Below are positions 60,173 to 64,000 of a DNA stretch of 64,000 nucleotides, one piece after another; position 1 is the stretch's first letter, and each line of letters begins with the position of its first letter. Below the pieces are notes generated by a model. The model worked only from the letters and a program-made list of their open reading frames with translations. It did not search any database and was not told the origin of the DNA. The translations under genes and the position numbers were made by a program. This stretch comes from the human T2T-CHM13v2.0 reference genome, Homo sapiens, in assembly GCF_009914755.1 (NCBI RefSeq), contig NC_060925.1; one strand, given 5' to 3'.

Positions 60173-61889
60173 ATTAGGCTTCTTGTCTGCTACTCCATTG
60201 TTTATACCCTAGGTTCTGGCCAAAGTTTTGTGCTGGCTGTGACTTGAATACCTCTGATTCTTTTCTACCTCTATGCCTTTACTTAGGCTATTCCTTCCAC
60301 CATTTAGTCTTCTTCACCTGCACAGCTATCTGTATACATCCATAAGCACAGCTCAAATACCACTATTCCTGCAGAGGCTTTTCTGATCAGATCTAGAGTT
60401 GATCTCCCACTTTGGAGTTCCCCAGGGGCTTATCTCTTTATTGGCTGCTATTCCATTCTGCTCTGTGGGAGATCAGTTTGTATACGTGTACTTACTGTCA
60501 GCAGACTGAGTTCCTTGAAGGTAGAATTATGCTATGCCTTAGTCAACTTTTTGACCTTTTGGCCCTAGCACAGTTCCTGGAACAAAGTAAATAGTGAAAC
60601 ATTTTTTGAATTGAAAATAATTGTGAGGTCTGAGAGCCCAGGTTCTGTGCAGATGAGATGTGTTAAGGGCCATGGTGGAGAAAAGAGGCCTCATGCTTCC
60701 CAAATAGCCCTGCATGGTGGACTTAAATCAGAAGAGCTGCCTTGCTGTGACTCCAGGGAGTAGTCAGGGGCTGGGATAGTCTGCAGGAACTGTGGGCTGA
60801 TGGGGACCAGAAGCCATGGACATCTGATCTCTGTATAGGAACTTTGGAAGGCTAGAGTTAAGGTACCTTAACCTTACTATTTCATGTAAAGAAACTCTCC
60901 TCATGACCTCAGTAGAGTTAATAGGCTAGAAATCAAAAGGGAAGGGAACTAATATTTATTTAACTTATGATAGCATTTAATACTCAGAAAATTCCTATGA
61001 AGTGGTTATTATGCCCATTTTAAAGATTAAAAACAAAACAAAATCAGAGGGAAAAGTAATGGATGGAGCTTAGTAAATAGCTTAACAGTGATTCAATTCA
61101 GGTGTGACTGTGAAGCCTGTATTCCATTAAAACCACTCAATTCTGCCAATATTTATTGAGCACCTAATATGTGCAAATCTCTGCTAGAGTACTGAAGATT
61201 TTAAGAGGTGTAAGGCATGGATCTTATCTTGTAAGGGGTTATGATCTAGAGTTGAGTTATGGGCGGGGAAGTTGGTTGGTGCAGGATAACTGAGTTTAAG
61301 CCAGTAAACACTCCCATGCAAACATACACACATGCACACACACTTTTCTGTATAGGGGAATATAGTGAAAACAAAACGGATGAATTGTAACTGGGAAGAG
61401 AGGAAAGTTTTTTATAGGGGAGGTAGAGATTAAAGCAAAGGTAGAACTCTGAGTTTAAGAAGGAAATCTTACTCTTCTTCCCAGTCCCACCCAGGCATCA
61501 CTGTGTAATCCTGAGAAAGGTACACACTCCCAACACTCTTGGATGTGACAAGGATTAGAATACAGCCATATGTGGTAATAAACATAAACCCAGACTTAAT
61601 TAAACCTAATTCAAGCAATAGTGGATTAGCAACCAAAAGGATAAATCAGAGCAAATTTTTAATCTAACAAATTGGATTCACTGAAGCCAACTTCCTAAAT
61701 GATTAAATGAGATTCAAGTGCTCTGTGAACAACAGAACACTATTCACATGTGAAATACCAAGATACTCCTAGGTCTTTTCTTTGTGTTAATGTTCAATTT
61801 GGTGAACCTAAATGCAGGACTTTACATGTATCGTGATTCTATTTCATCTTGTTATCCTGAGGAGATAATTGGATCCTGGCTCCATCATT

Positions 61890-64000
<2,111 letters not shown>

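Overview
Human (primate) genomic DNA matching the 1q21.1 GJA8-GPR89B interval, with both genes on the minus strand. It contains: (i) the CpG-island promoter and first coding exon (MSFLIDSSIMITSQ) of GPR89B/GPHR at about 0.6-1.3 kb, with the rest of that gene off the left edge; (ii) the complete lens connexin-50 gene GJA8, with a single 433-aa coding exon at 20402-21703, a short non-coding exon 1 at about 26.8 kb and a 5.08-kb intron that appears to use a GC-AG donor; (iii) about 37 kb of upstream intergenic DNA. The window is rich in repeats: about 20 Alus, two primate L1PA fragments, old L1M, MaLR/ERV LTRs and MER DNA transposons. Almost all other ORFs in the supplied track are repeat-derived or antisense shadows. 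I found no convincing new gene or novel biological system. The most interesting observations are a probable multi-kb GJA8 3'UTR masked by a genomic A-tract just after the stop codon, the GC-AG intron with an AG|GT recursive-like acceptor, two co-oriented CTCF-like sites upstream of GJA8, a palindromic AT-rich repeat abutting a head-to-head Alu pair, an L1 5' junction with an inverted L1 piece plus an inverted target-site copy, and a 102-bp non-tandem direct duplication. Repeat family names come from recalled consensus sequences, not a database run, and repeat boundaries are approximate.
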